DNA of 61,255 nt from a virus: positions 1 through 61,255 of IMG/VR virus record IMGVR_UViG_3300045988_081680, one strand, 5' to 3'. Shown here in pieces: positions 34,611 through 43,463 of the stretch. Position 1 is the first letter of the stretch. Each line of letters begins with the position of its first letter. Made by a program: the position numbers and the translations under genes. A model generated the notes under the pieces. That model was not told the DNA's origin, searched no databases, and saw nothing but the letters and a program-made list of their open reading frames with translations.

Positions 34611-34656
34611 TTAAGCAGCCATGCTACTTTCAAGATACTGTAACATGGCTGCTTAA
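34611..34656 (-). terminator. strong hairpin (13-bp stem) between the scaffold and capsid genes
   Basis: TTAAGCAGCCATG ... CATGGCTGCTTAA; on the minus strand it is followed by CTTTTTGAG. Confidence 0.55.
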
Positions 34657-34668
34657 AATTGTCAACGA

Positions 34669-35478
34669 TTATTTTTTGGCTTCAGGTTTCGGACCGCCGA
34701 TTGTAGTACCTGCTGCGCGGGCAAGTTGTTCCGCACGTTTAGGGTCTTCGCGGATAATTTGACCTTGTTTAGTCAAATTCCAACCACCATTAGTCCACGG
34801 ATTGTCGCCTGTTACACCTGCGCCGCGACTACCTGCTGCGCCGCCGCCTTGAGAAGTACCCCACCAGTGAGGCTTATCGTTCTTACGGTCTGACAACCAA
34901 TCTTCTGCACTGATTCCAGGTGTTACGCCTACATTGTCTTTTGTAACCACACTACCATCGTCGAGAACTTCAAACAGGCGTTCACCGAGTGTTACAGCGT
35001 CCTCAATAGCGGACTTTTGGAAACCTTGCTGTTTACCAACAGCCGAACGGATACTGTCGTGAATCTTACGAACACGGGATGCGCTTTCGTAACTGCCAAT
35101 AGTGGCTTTAGCCTCTTCCAACTCTTTGGCGTATTTGTCGCGTTCGCGTTCAACAGGAACAATTTTAGCGCGAAGTTTAGCTTCAACCAATTCGTCCACG
35201 TTTTTGTCGCCTTTAGCGGCGGCTTCCAATTCTGGAATACGGTCGAGTTCCACAATTACGTCTTCAATTTTACGGTCGCCCAACAATTTCACGCGTTCTT
35301 TCAGATTTTTATGGTCTGCGCGTTCTTTTGTCAATGCGGTTTGCAAGCGGTCAACGTCCGCTTTGGTTTTCATACCCTCAACGCCAGTCAGTTCAAACTT
35401 GCCGTCTTTTTCTGTGTAGAGGTCGTGGTATTTTTCATCAACATCATCCAGAGTCTCTACGATAATTTGTAATGCCAT
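34669..35478 (-). CDS. scaffolding protein
   Basis: 269 aa, charged coiled-coil sequence, between portal and capsid. Confidence 0.7.
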   Translation of the reverse strand: MALQIIVETLDDVDEKYHDLYTEKDGKFELTGVEGMKTKADVDRLQTALTKERADHKNLKERVKLLGDRKIEDVIVELDRIPELEAAAKGDKNVDELVEAKLRAKIVPVERERDKYAKELEEAKATIGSYESASRVRKIHDSIRSAVGKQQGFQKSAIEDAVTLGERLFEVLDDGSVVTKDNVGVTPGISAEDWLSDRKNDKPHWWGTSQGGGAAGSRGAGVTGDNPWTNGGWNLTKQGQIIREDPKRAEQLARAAGTTIGGPKPEAKK

Positions 35479-35513
35479 TTTGAATCTCCAATTAATTGTG
35501 AATAGCAGGGCTA

Positions 35514-37010
35514 TTATGCCTCGTCATCTTTCGGCTTGTCAACAGGTTTGTCATTAGCAGGGTTTGGAACTTGCAAACCTACATTTTGTGGAACTGTAAC
35601 ACGACGACCCTCTTTAATCTCTTTTTCAATTTGGATTAACTCGTCCTCGTATGTCATTGTGGTTAAACCTTTAGACAGGGCAAGGCGGTGGACAGATTCG
35701 TGTGAAATCGGCGCACCAAGTTGGATTGCTTGCATATACATCAACAGGTCTTGACCTTCCAAATCGTTAACGGCAAACTCAAGGTTAGGATGAACTTCAA
35801 CTTCATCTTCGTTTAAACCCATCCATTTAGCGCATAACTTGAGGATTTTCTCAAGGGCTGCCGCGCCACTAATAGCAATCTGCATCAGTGTAGAAGTTTG
35901 TGCGCCCAAACGTGTCTGCAAAGCGATACCGGATTCCACTTTGTCGTTTGAGTTTGACAGTTGACCACTTTGAATTTCCGCGCGTAAGCGGTCGTTTACC
36001 AGTGCATAACGTTGTTCAGGCAAACCACGACCATCAACGCCAATGAATTTGGCATCACCGCCCTGCTCAATGTGAAGGGCTGCACCAGAACCAATACGCA
36101 CCTTTTCGTCCTCTTCGCGATTCATAGCTCCGATAACCACAAGGGTGTCCTGACCCATCATGTAGAGTGTTTGGCGGTAATCCGCTTCTGCGCGGTAAAT
36201 TGCAAGGGACTGATTCGCCAGTGCCAACAAAGGCGGTTCATCGGGATTAGACGTTAAGTCTTTGGTGTTCACAAAGACAAAAGGAACTTCTTTTAAAGGA
36301 ACGCCTTTGTAAACAGGTGTAATCATATTGGACGGGTCGTATTCAAACGTGCCGTCTTGAGTGAACACGCCCTGCTTGTAATCTGCTTCACCGTTGGATT
36401 CATTTTCGTCCAATTCGCCCAAAAGAAGCAAACGATATTTCTCGTAAACGTCCCAATTAAAGCCGTTTGTGCGTTTAACGGAACTTTCGTTGAGGACAAC
36501 AAAGTTAAGTTCCGTATGACCCTCGCCGATAACGTTTTCGTCCCAGTTAATAATAGCTTCCGCATCGTACAGCGCAATATAAGGTAACGTAGTATCTTCT
36601 GTTATCTGTGGTAAATCCAGCAGCAACCCGCAACGACCGTTAATCAGTTGTTCTTCGTTAACACGACGCAACAGGTTCACAAGACTTTCGCCGTTAGGTG
36701 TGGCAAAATTCCGCATTCCTTCCATACCTTTTGGAAGTTTGATTGTAGCAGGCCGTCTCCACAACATACCCACATAGTTTTCCACAGCTTCCTTAACATA
36801 TTCCGGAAATACCGCTCGCAACAGATAGCTATTGTAGGCCGCCAAACCATCGCAACCGTGATTCATTCCGTCCAAAAGCATACCTGCCGTTGGTGGCAAG
36901 TATTTTGTTGATTTAGATTTAACCACACGAGAACCTTTATAGGTGTCGCGCATTACTTCCCAATCAGGAACTTTCTCGGCATAAGCAGGATGAGTATTTT
37001 TAATGGACAT
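35514..37010 (-). CDS. portal protein
   Basis: 498 aa directly after terL, with an acidic C-terminus. Confidence 0.85.
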   Translation of the reverse strand: MSIKNTHPAYAEKVPDWEVMRDTYKGSRVVKSKSTKYLPPTAGMLLDGMNHGCDGLAAYNSYLLRAVFPEYVKEAVENYVGMLWRRPATIKLPKGMEGMRNFATPNGESLVNLLRRVNEEQLINGRCGLLLDLPQITEDTTLPYIALYDAEAIINWDENVIGEGHTELNFVVLNESSVKRTNGFNWDVYEKYRLLLLGELDENESNGEADYKQGVFTQDGTFEYDPSNMITPVYKGVPLKEVPFVFVNTKDLTSNPDEPPLLALANQSLAIYRAEADYRQTLYMMGQDTLVVIGAMNREEDEKVRIGSGAALHIEQGGDAKFIGVDGRGLPEQRYALVNDRLRAEIQSGQLSNSNDKVESGIALQTRLGAQTSTLMQIAISGAAALEKILKLCAKWMGLNEDEVEVHPNLEFAVNDLEGQDLLMYMQAIQLGAPISHESVHRLALSKGLTTMTYEDELIQIEKEIKEGRRVTVPQNVGLQVPNPANDKPVDKPKDDEA

Positions 37011-38339
37011 TTAAGTTCCTTTTGTCCTTGAGGACGTAAATTTAATAGAGCCAACAGACCAATGCCAGTCCACAAAGTAACCGATAGCAGTTGTGATGTG
37101 TTGATACTGGTTTGTTTGGTCTTCTTGAAAGCTAGAACCCTCTTTAAGCTGAACTGTGGCTAAACCTTTATGACAGTAAGGGGCTTTGCTGGTGTTCACA
37201 AACAAGCGAACTTTGCCTTCAGCGTTCAATATAAGGGCGCGCACTGCGTTTTGACGGTCTTTAATCGCTGGATGTTTATGTTTCACACGGCGTTCATACT
37301 TCCAACCATGCAAACGCAATACTTCTTCAATCTCGTCATAATCTGATTTGTGACCGTGTTTCTCGCCAGAACGTCCCGCAGGGTCTCCATAAATGAAAAC
37401 CTTTTTATTCTTGTGGTCTTTAAATTTTTCCACAAATTCTTTGGCAGACTCACGAGATACAGCGTGTTCCAGAATAATCTCGTCTACGAAATACGGAATG
37501 TCATCGCGAATGACGGCAATAGCGGATGACAACGGCGTAAAGTTTTGGTCGTGCATCCAATGTATTTCTTCGGTCGGTTGTAGCTCGGCATTTGTGAAGT
37601 TATCCGCGCAATAATCCTCATAAATACGGCCACTTGCAGTTTCAAAGGACGCGCAATACTCTTGATTGTACTGTCGTGCTGACATGGTGCGTTTTGCCGC
37701 CGCAATAACGTCTTCCGGCAAAATCTCTTCTGACTTCCAATGGAACACTTTGTAGTCTGGGTCTTCGCCTTTGATAGCGTACTCGTACATATCGTAGTAA
37801 TGGTTAAGACCGTCCGGCACACCGATAAACCAGCACCACGCGCGATAATAAGGGCGCGTTGGATTAACGGTATTCAGTGCAGGCATGATGTTTTCTTGCA
37901 ATGCAGACCCTTTAACGTCCGCAATCTCGTCAATAATACCGCCAGTCCAGTTAATACCCTCGATACGTTGAGGTTGGTCTAGACCAATAACGTGAATCTC
38001 AGTTCCGTTAGGTAAAAAGATTTTTAGCTCGGACTCTGACGGTGGACGCGGGTGCATACAGGAAATAGTCAAGGCTTTTAAATCGTCCCACCAAATCTTC
38101 TTAGCTTGGTTGACAGTTGGTGCAGCCGCAAAGTATTTCTCGTTCGGATAATACATCGCTTGACGCGCTAAAAACCGTTTAGCGCGTTCTGTTTTACCCG
38201 AACGTCGACCTGCTGGAACCACAGGAAAGCGTATTCCGTCATCAACCGCCCTGTCCAATGCCAACTGGACAGGGTGCGCTTTTAACGGATACCATCGAGC
38301 TTTTTGACGCTCGATGATTAGCTTGGATACTTGAGACAT
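37011..38339 (-). CDS. terL: terminase large subunit
   Basis: Walker A VVPAGRRSGKTE and Walker B GGIIDEIAD. The C-terminal nuclease region contains GDPAG. Confidence 0.9.
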   Translation of the reverse strand: MSQVSKLIIERQKARWYPLKAHPVQLALDRAVDDGIRFPVVPAGRRSGKTERAKRFLARQAMYYPNEKYFAAAPTVNQAKKIWWDDLKALTISCMHPRPPSESELKIFLPNGTEIHVIGLDQPQRIEGINWTGGIIDEIADVKGSALQENIMPALNTVNPTRPYYRAWCWFIGVPDGLNHYYDMYEYAIKGEDPDYKVFHWKSEEILPEDVIAAAKRTMSARQYNQEYCASFETASGRIYEDYCADNFTNAELQPTEEIHWMHDQNFTPLSSAIAVIRDDIPYFVDEIILEHAVSRESAKEFVEKFKDHKNKKVFIYGDPAGRSGEKHGHKSDYDEIEEVLRLHGWKYERRVKHKHPAIKDRQNAVRALILNAEGKVRLFVNTSKAPYCHKGLATVQLKEGSSFQEDQTNQYQHITTAIGYFVDWHWSVGSIKFTSSRTKGT

Positions 38340-38905
38340 TATTTAAATACACCAGCGCGGAACAGAATACCGCGCAAAGCTTCCGGATAATTGGTTGAAA
38401 CTTTGAAACCAGTTTTTGTCAACTCGCTTGTGTAGATGACAATCTTCTTAGATTTATCTGTGGTTTCTGCGGTAATTTCAAACACATCGGGCTTTTTGCT
38501 AAAAGGTTTAGGGAAAGCCAAAGAGAAATAAGTATTCTTCTCTTTTTGGATAGTGCTGACATCAATATAACCCTCGTGATATTCGGCGTAAAACTCGCCT
38601 ATATTTACGCCGCTAGGGGCTGGCGTAGGTGTGGGTGTGGCTGGTGTACCACCTGCACCGCCTGCGCCCTCTGTGCCGCTCCCTGCGCCACCATTTGCAA
38701 CAAGTACAAGCGAATTGCGGGCTGCCATTGCCGCCTGAATCTCTTGTATGGTTGAGTAATCCCCATACATACGATAATAGTATTGCCCGTAAAGGCTCAA
38801 AACGATGTCACTTGCGGCATTTGTAACCACAATTCCGTAATCCGCTGCCGCGTAAACCGTGTTTGCTGCCAATCTCTTTGGCAAAGTATCAACTTTGACT
38901 GCCAT
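38339..38905 (-). CDS. hypothetical protein with Gly/Thr/Pro linker, inserted between terS and terL
   Basis: ATG 8 nt after AGGA; GGAGSGTEGAGGAGGTPATPTPTPAPSG linker. The track's start at 38938 is a TTG. Confidence 0.6.
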   Translation of the reverse strand: MAVKVDTLPKRLAANTVYAAADYGIVVTNAASDIVLSLYGQYYYRMYGDYSTIQEIQAAMAARNSLVLVANGGAGSGTEGAGGAGGTPATPTPTPAPSGVNIGEFYAEYHEGYIDVSTIQKEKNTYFSLAFPKPFSKKPDVFEITAETTDKSKKIVIYTSELTKTGFKVSTNYPEALRGILFRAGVFK

Positions 38906-39359
38906 CTTTTCTATCCTGTACCGCCATACCGACGGCAATGTCCTTAAATACGTCTATCAATGCTTTAGTACCGTCCTCAATCTCGGCGCGGTCAAAGCCG
39001 TGCATAACAGCCATCTGTTTCGCCGCAGATACGCGGGATGCGTGTGGACCGTCTTGCATTGCAATACGAAGTGTGGTTAGGATAAGTTCCTTGTCCTTAG
39101 CTTTAACCTCTTCTTCTGTTAACTGTCTGCGTCCTGTTACGTTTGAGATTTGCTGTTGGACGTAGGACTCTTCCATAAAACGGATAGCCCAGTCGTTCGC
39201 ATATGGAACTTGCAAGCCCATTCTCAAGCAAGCGTTAACAGGATGGAAGTCTTTGACATACTCAAGCACGAACAAGTCGCGAAGAGCTTTTTCATCTTCG
39301 CTTAATTCAGGAGCTAACAAGTCCTTATCCAAAACACCAAGTGGATTTACTTTGTTCAT
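38889..39359 (-). CDS. terS: terminase small subunit
   Basis: LFVLEYVKDFHPVNACLRMGLQVPYANDWAIRFMEESYVQQQI (Terminase_2-like). ATG follows GGAAGA. Confidence 0.7.
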   Translation of the reverse strand: MNKVNPLGVLDKDLLAPELSEDEKALRDLFVLEYVKDFHPVNACLRMGLQVPYANDWAIRFMEESYVQQQISNVTGRRQLTEEEVKAKDKELILTTLRIAMQDGPHASRVSAAKQMAVMHGFDRAEIEDGTKALIDVFKDIAVGMAVQDRKDGSQS

Positions 39360-39385
39360 GTTATTCTTCCGCGTACTTTTGAGCC

Positions 39386-39398
39386 TTATATAACCACA
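39386..39398 (-). promoter_or_regulatory. extended octamer TGTGGTTATATAA, 26 nt upstream of the terS ATG
   Basis: Intergenic, on the coding strand, just downstream of terminator 39615..39650 and the small ORF. Confidence 0.4.
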
Positions 39399-39399
39399 A

Positions 39400-39594
39400 T
39401 TATTGTCGTTTGTCAACTGATTTAGCAGCCGCTTCCTCAATAGACCGATTATAATAGTCTCGCATTCCCTCGTAATTCTGAATATCCACTTGCGCTTCTG
39501 AAAACGCTTTAAAGTCCGCATTTTCACTTGCTACACGAGATTTCTCTTTGGATATTTCCAGCATTCTTTCACAAAATTTTAAGCAATTAAACAT
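39400..39594 (-). CDS. hypothetical protein (64 aa)
   Basis: ORF between the lysis-cassette terminator and terS. Confidence 0.45.
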   Translation of the reverse strand: MFNCLKFCERMLEISKEKSRVASENADFKAFSEAQVDIQNYEGMRDYYNRSIEEAAAKSVDKRQ

Positions 39595-39614
39595 GATAGT
39601 GAGCAGAAAGAAAG

Positions 39615-39650
39615 CCCGCGCCCAATATTTTATTTTCTTCTAAGCGCGGG
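39615..39650 (-). terminator. rho-independent terminator after the endolysin gene
   Basis: Minus strand CCCGCGC...GCGCGGG followed by CTTTCTTTCTG. Confidence 0.55.
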
Positions 39651-39659
39651 AGTTGTTAA

Positions 39660-40139
39660 TTAGACGTGCAAACCTTGCAGATATACAGTTTTACCGTTTT
39701 TCTTGGTTGCTGTTAAAATTTGATTACGCATCGGTGCGTTACGGCGGAATCCAATGTGAACCCATGCACCGTCGCCGCGTTCCGGAAATTCCAGAATCAA
39801 CTGGTCGAATACCAATTTACCAGCGTCACGCATCTTAATCAACTCTTTAGCAAATGCCAAAGAAGTCAAACCGATTGCATCGCAGTCTGCTGCCAAACCG
39901 AAGCGGTGTGCTGATGTAGGGCTACCGCCGACCAATTTGTTCACGCGTTCGCTACGGAAGCAACTTGTTACAATAATTCCACGTCCAACATATTCGCGGA
40001 TTTTCTCCAACTGCTGCGCCGTGTAATAGATATTGTCCATTTCCGCTGGGGTAGGGACGTTTTCGATACCTGCACGTCGAGCGGACTCGCTACGCGTCAG
40101 TTCTCGAAAACTGAAGTGTTCACTGATTTGTTTTTCCAT
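39660..40139 (-). CDS. endolysin, peptidase M15 (L-alanyl-D-glutamate / D-Ala-D-Ala peptidase type)
   Basis: FSFRELTRSESARRAGIENVP..., SCFRSERVNKLVGGSPTSAHRFGLAADC. Confidence 0.85.
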   Translation of the reverse strand: MEKQISEHFSFRELTRSESARRAGIENVPTPAEMDNIYYTAQQLEKIREYVGRGIIVTSCFRSERVNKLVGGSPTSAHRFGLAADCDAIGLTSLAFAKELIKMRDAGKLVFDQLILEFPERGDGAWVHIGFRRNAPMRNQILTATKKNGKTVYLQGLHV

Positions 40140-40653
40140 CTTGAGTTCCTATTTCACGGTCAGCTTTTAAAATGGCAACACAGGCATCGCGCTGACCTAT
40201 TGCGATGTTTGCTTGCTCGGCGATGTTGAGAATATGTTGTCCAACTCGTTCTGAATCGTCACCTTGTTTGGTTTCGGGTCGGTTATCCACGCTGGCACGG
40301 GTGCTAACTTCGGTTGTTCGCACTGGCACGGCGGCGGTTGGACATGACCGCAAGCGGATAGTACCATTAGACAGCTTACTGCGGAGAGTATTGATTTCAT
40401 CTCGTGCTTCCTTTAATTCAGCAGTTTTTTCTTCGTCTATCTTTGCAACAGCTTCAACAGACTTACGTTCCATGTTACGAACTTCGGTCTTGTGTTTAAC
40501 AATTTCCTTTTGTTGTCGCAACATTTCGACATTCCATTTATCTTGCCAATGCTTATTGACAATGTAACCGCCTGTTACGCTTGCAAGCGTGGCTATAACC
40601 ACACCTGCAAGCGCATAAACGGTCAATTTATTTGTCAGAAGATTCGGTATCAT
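40120..40653 (-). CDS. i-spanin (Rz-like)
   Basis: N-terminal TM helix LTVYALAGVVIATLASV, then coiled coil; overlaps the endolysin start. Confidence 0.75.
   Translation of the reverse strand: MIPNLLTNKLTVYALAGVVIATLASVTGGYIVNKHWQDKWNVEMLRQQKEIVKHKTEVRNMERKSVEAVAKIDEEKTAELKEARDEINTLRSKLSNGTIRLRSCPTAAVPVRTTEVSTRASVDNRPETKQGDDSERVGQHILNIAEQANIAIGQRDACVAILKADREIGTQDGKTNQ
40197..40400 (-). CDS. o-spanin (Rz1-like), fully embedded in the i-spanin gene in another frame
   Basis: MKSILSAVSCLMVLSAC lipobox followed by the Pro-rich GHVQPPPCQCEQPKLAPVPAW. Confidence 0.75.
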   Translation of the reverse strand: MKSILSAVSCLMVLSACGHVQPPPCQCEQPKLAPVPAWITDPKPNKVTIQNELDNIFSTSPSKQTSQ

Positions 40654-41062
40654 TTTTCTTGTCCACCGTTTTCTTGAAATTATCTGTATATTTGCGAATT
40701 ATCTCGTAACCCAGAACACCAGCACAGCAAGCAAAGAACATTATCATTACAGGGTTGACGTTGATCATTGTTGTACCTGAGAAAAACAGGAATGTCATTA
40801 TACCTGCGAAGCTCGATATCAGCAAGTTTGCGGCAAGTTCCACAGCGAGATTATGACTGTACGTTCTCGGATTTTGCAAGTTACGAATAGTCTGAACTAA
40901 TCCACCTGCCGCGCCAGCAAGACACGAGTAAAGGATATCCCATACCATCGGTCCTGTTTTTATAGCTTCATGGAATGATTCCCTTACCTCTGCCAACGCC
41001 AGACTGGTAAGGGAACAATAAAGCAATGTGGATAAAATCCACTTCGTTTTCCGTTTAAACAT
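40628..41062 (-). CDS. holin candidate (multi-pass membrane protein)
   Basis: About 4 hydrophobic helices, immediately upstream of the spanins. Start could be 41062 or 41077. Confidence 0.5.
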   Translation of the reverse strand: MFKRKTKWILSTLLYCSLTSLALAEVRESFHEAIKTGPMVWDILYSCLAGAAGGLVQTIRNLQNPRTYSHNLAVELAANLLISSFAGIMTFLFFSGTTMINVNPVMIMFFACCAGVLGYEIIRKYTDNFKKTVDKKNDTESSDK

Positions 41063-41585
41063 TTTTCCATTTTCCATTATTAATTGCACCTTCCAATAAC
41101 GCGCAACCCATACCCCATAGGAATAACCACAGGTAGAATATCTTGAGAATAGGCGGACTAGGAATGTGCAAGTGAGTAGACAAAGGAATAATAAACAAAG
41201 ACCCGAACGTTGTTGGCAGGTAGAACCAGTGTCTGTATCTTGTGGCAAAAGCACACCACGCGCGGACAATAAAATTTAACGCCTCAAAACGTTGCATTCG
41301 GATGTGGCAACCCATGCAGTGCTTTTTAATCCACTCTTTTGTTGAGTTCCACACAGTCTCCACAAAAACATCCATAATCAAAAGGATAGTGGAAACTGCC
41401 AAAAACCATATCAAACTTTTACCAAGTAAGGAACTATTCGCGTAAACACGCTGCATAATAGTTCCCGATATGTTAAGGTGGACAAGCATTAGCACAAAAA
41501 CAGAAAATCCGTAACTAGCCCGTAACGCTCGAATTAAAAGAACATTCTGCTTTCGGATCCAATAACGTTGCGACATTTTGGACAT
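41055..41585 (-). CDS. polytopic membrane protein (holin/antiholin or exclusion protein candidate)
   Basis: ATG 6 nt after GGAG; several TM segments. Confidence 0.55.
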   Translation of the reverse strand: MSKMSQRYWIRKQNVLLIRALRASYGFSVFVLMLVHLNISGTIMQRVYANSSLLGKSLIWFLAVSTILLIMDVFVETVWNSTKEWIKKHCMGCHIRMQRFEALNFIVRAWCAFATRYRHWFYLPTTFGSLFIIPLSTHLHIPSPPILKIFYLWLFLWGMGCALLEGAINNGKWKNV

Positions 41586-41693
41586 ATCAAACTCCAACGG
41601 TAATAATATTCTTCACGTTTACAAACCCCGTATTATCATGTTATAATATCAATTACCTTAATTATAACATTCATTTTTATGATAGGCAAATAA

Positions 41694-41721
41694 AAACTGG
41701 CAAGCCTAAACTTGCCAGTTT
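41694..41721 (-). terminator. rho-independent terminator after the HExxH gene
   Basis: Minus strand AAACTGGCAAG-TTTAGG-CTTGCCAGTTT followed by TTATTTG. Confidence 0.7.
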
Positions 41722-41757
41722 CCGTCCATCACAGGAGATAAGGAGTAAACACGGCTA

Positions 41758-42141
41758 TTAACCGCGAAGCGTATTATACTCGCGAAGTAAGTTTTCCACA
41801 ATACCCTGCACAATGTAAGCTTCAGTTTCAGGCGAGAACGCGTCCTCTTGCATCCAAATAGCAATTTCCTGCTTAATGTGAACAGCCTCATGCACCAACA
41901 AAGGAATGTCCATTCCAATATAACAAGTCGGAACCATCCACACGATACACATGACATCGGTAATCGTGCGTCCGTCTTCTACACGCTTGTTCACAAGTGT
42001 TTGCGTGTGGGCAGCGCATGGAGCGTCCGGAAGTTTATCACGCGGAATATCCAACGCCTTGAACAACTTCTTACATTGCTTGAGTGATTCCACATAGGCA
42101 TATTTCACATTCGCCAACGGCGCGTCATAAACCTTTATCAT
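41758..42141 (-). CDS. small HExxH protein (putative zinc metallopeptidase fold)
   Basis: LLVHEAVHIKQE motif; 127 aa. Confidence 0.55.
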   Translation of the reverse strand: MIKVYDAPLANVKYAYVESLKQCKKLFKALDIPRDKLPDAPCAAHTQTLVNKRVEDGRTITDVMCIVWMVPTCYIGMDIPLLVHEAVHIKQEIAIWMQEDAFSPETEAYIVQGIVENLLREYNTLRG

Positions 42142-42364
42142 TACTAATCCTTTGTTTTACAGTTTGCGGCATACGCAACAATGGAAACCATGCCACGTCA
42201 TAATTCGGGTCAAAAGTCCCGATACGCGCTACGCCGTATTTTGAAATGACAAACAGTTTCGTATTGAGCGGCGGTGGTGTTATTTGTGCGTCGTAACATT
42301 CAAATTCGCCCACACAGTGTGCATGGGTACTTCCACTAGATTGTTTAATCTTCGTATTTACCAT
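42125..42364 (-). CDS. hypothetical protein (79 aa)
   Basis: First ATG of the ORF (the track's start at 42406 is a TTG). Confidence 0.45.
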   Translation of the reverse strand: MVNTKIKQSSGSTHAHCVGEFECYDAQITPPPLNTKLFVISKYGVARIGTFDPNYDVAWFPLLRMPQTVKQRISNDKGL

Positions 42365-42794
42365 CTTTAATCCAAGTCTCAATGTAGTATTTAAACCAAC
42401 TTTCAAAATCTTCTTGGTCCACAGTAACGCGTCGCAATACTTGCTTCATAGGTGTGACAGGCAAGAACGCTTCCATTACAAAGTTCCACTTGCGCTTACC
42501 GTTTTGACGATACATCACAATCGGAACACCGCCAAACTCTTCTGAAGCCGTAACGCATTGCTTCCACCACGCATTGACCTGCAACGTTTCCTGACGTTTA
42601 ACCTCGATACACAAGCCAAACGGATTTGTAATATCGGATCCACCAACAGCACTTTGGTTCTGGTTACGTTGGAACAGTGGCTTCAGTGGCGTTTTATAAC
42701 CACATTGGGCAAGTATCGGTAGAGTTAGTGATTCCAATAACTGACAAATTTCGCGTTCGCCCGCCTGTCCTTTGGCACGGATATTAATTCCCAT
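42345..42794 (-). CDS. PD-(D/E)XK nuclease (Holliday-junction-resolvase-like) candidate
   Basis: GGGGAGAAACAAA upstream of the ATG. KGQAGEREICQLL ... GGSDI ... CIEVKRQE pattern. Confidence 0.6.
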   Translation of the reverse strand: MGINIRAKGQAGEREICQLLESLTLPILAQCGYKTPLKPLFQRNQNQSAVGGSDITNPFGLCIEVKRQETLQVNAWWKQCVTASEEFGGVPIVMYRQNGKRKWNFVMEAFLPVTPMKQVLRRVTVDQEDFESWFKYYIETWIKDGKYED

Positions 42795-43017
42795 TTTGTT
42801 TCTCCCCGTAAGTAGAAACAATCTCAATAGCGCGGTCAATAGATTGTTTCGCTTCTTGCAAATCTTCCAGTGCGTCTTTATGTCCGCGTTGACCACAAGC
42901 CAAGAGTTTCTTGACTGCGTGTTGGATAGCAGGGTCATGGACTTCAAACATAATCAAGACGTCATACACGTCGATATGGTCTTTACCGTGTGGAATACGC
43001 CGTGCGTATTTATTCAT
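42784..43017 (-). CDS. DUF3310-like small phage protein
   Basis: IDVYDVLIMF...AIQHAVKKLLACGQRGHKDALEDLQEAKQSIDRAIE. AAGGAG upstream. Confidence 0.55.
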   Translation of the reverse strand: MNKYARRIPHGKDHIDVYDVLIMFEVHDPAIQHAVKKLLACGQRGHKDALEDLQEAKQSIDRAIEIVSTYGEKQNGN

Positions 43018-43046
43018 AGATTACTCCTTTAAGGATGGGATTGGTT

Positions 43047-43058
43047 GTTATAACCACA
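43047..43058 (-). promoter_or_regulatory. extended octamer TGTGGTTATAAC, 29 nt upstream of the ATG at 43017 (first gene after terminator 43434..43463)
   Basis: Intergenic, on the coding strand. Confidence 0.4.
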
Positions 43059-43380
43059 AATAAGGTGTGGTAATGAGTTGGTATTATATGGCGGCGGTGT
43101 GAGGATTACAAGTAATGGATTTGTAAATGTGGTGTCGAAATTTACAACGCCGCGTATTTTGGCGAAGAGGATTGGTGATAATATTTCGAGGGTGAAATTT
43201 GACAGGGCAGTAGATGTGTTGTTAGTAGATGTAATAGAAAGTAGACCTATTTCCGAATTTTGAGACGGCTGGGTGGTGGTAATAAGGCGCGGGCGTTACT
43301 CACATATACAACTATACCCCCCTACTATACCGCGTGTAACTATAACGGGTGTTACATATACCCGCGCTTGCTTGTACCGT

Positions 43381-43410
43381 TGTTTATTGTAACGCTGTTT
43401 ATTGTAACGC
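43381..43410. repeat. perfect tandem 15-mer x2 (TGTTTATTGTAACGC)
   Basis: Read directly; lies between the terminator and the next operon. Confidence 0.85.
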
Positions 43411-43433
43411 ACGTTATTATAATAAATAAAATT

Positions 43434-43463
43434 ATACCGCTTGCATTTTATTGCAAGCGGTAT
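43434..43463 (-). terminator. rho-independent terminator ending the leftward early operon
   Basis: ATACCGCTTGCA-loop-TGCAAGCGGTAT, 12-bp perfect stem; followed on the minus strand by AATTTTATTTATT. Confidence 0.75.

Noticed and set aside
14421-34656. AAGCAGCC-containing inverted repeats (14421..14450 and 34611..34656) that resemble the start of a Kingella-type DNA uptake sequence.
   Set aside because: Only the first 8 nt agree with my recollection of that DUS dialect, and the rest differs. There are only two loci, and both are simply hairpin stems, so there is no evidence for an uptake sequence.
38889-39527. The full 212-aa version of the terS ORF, plus the long N-terminal extensions of 40628..41269, 42345..42947 and 59689..60690.
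   Set aside because: The extensions overlap upstream genes or intergenic hairpins and lack RBSs. Internal ATGs with good Shine-Dalgarno sequences (39359, 41062, 42794, 59791) give proteins that start at the conserved parts.
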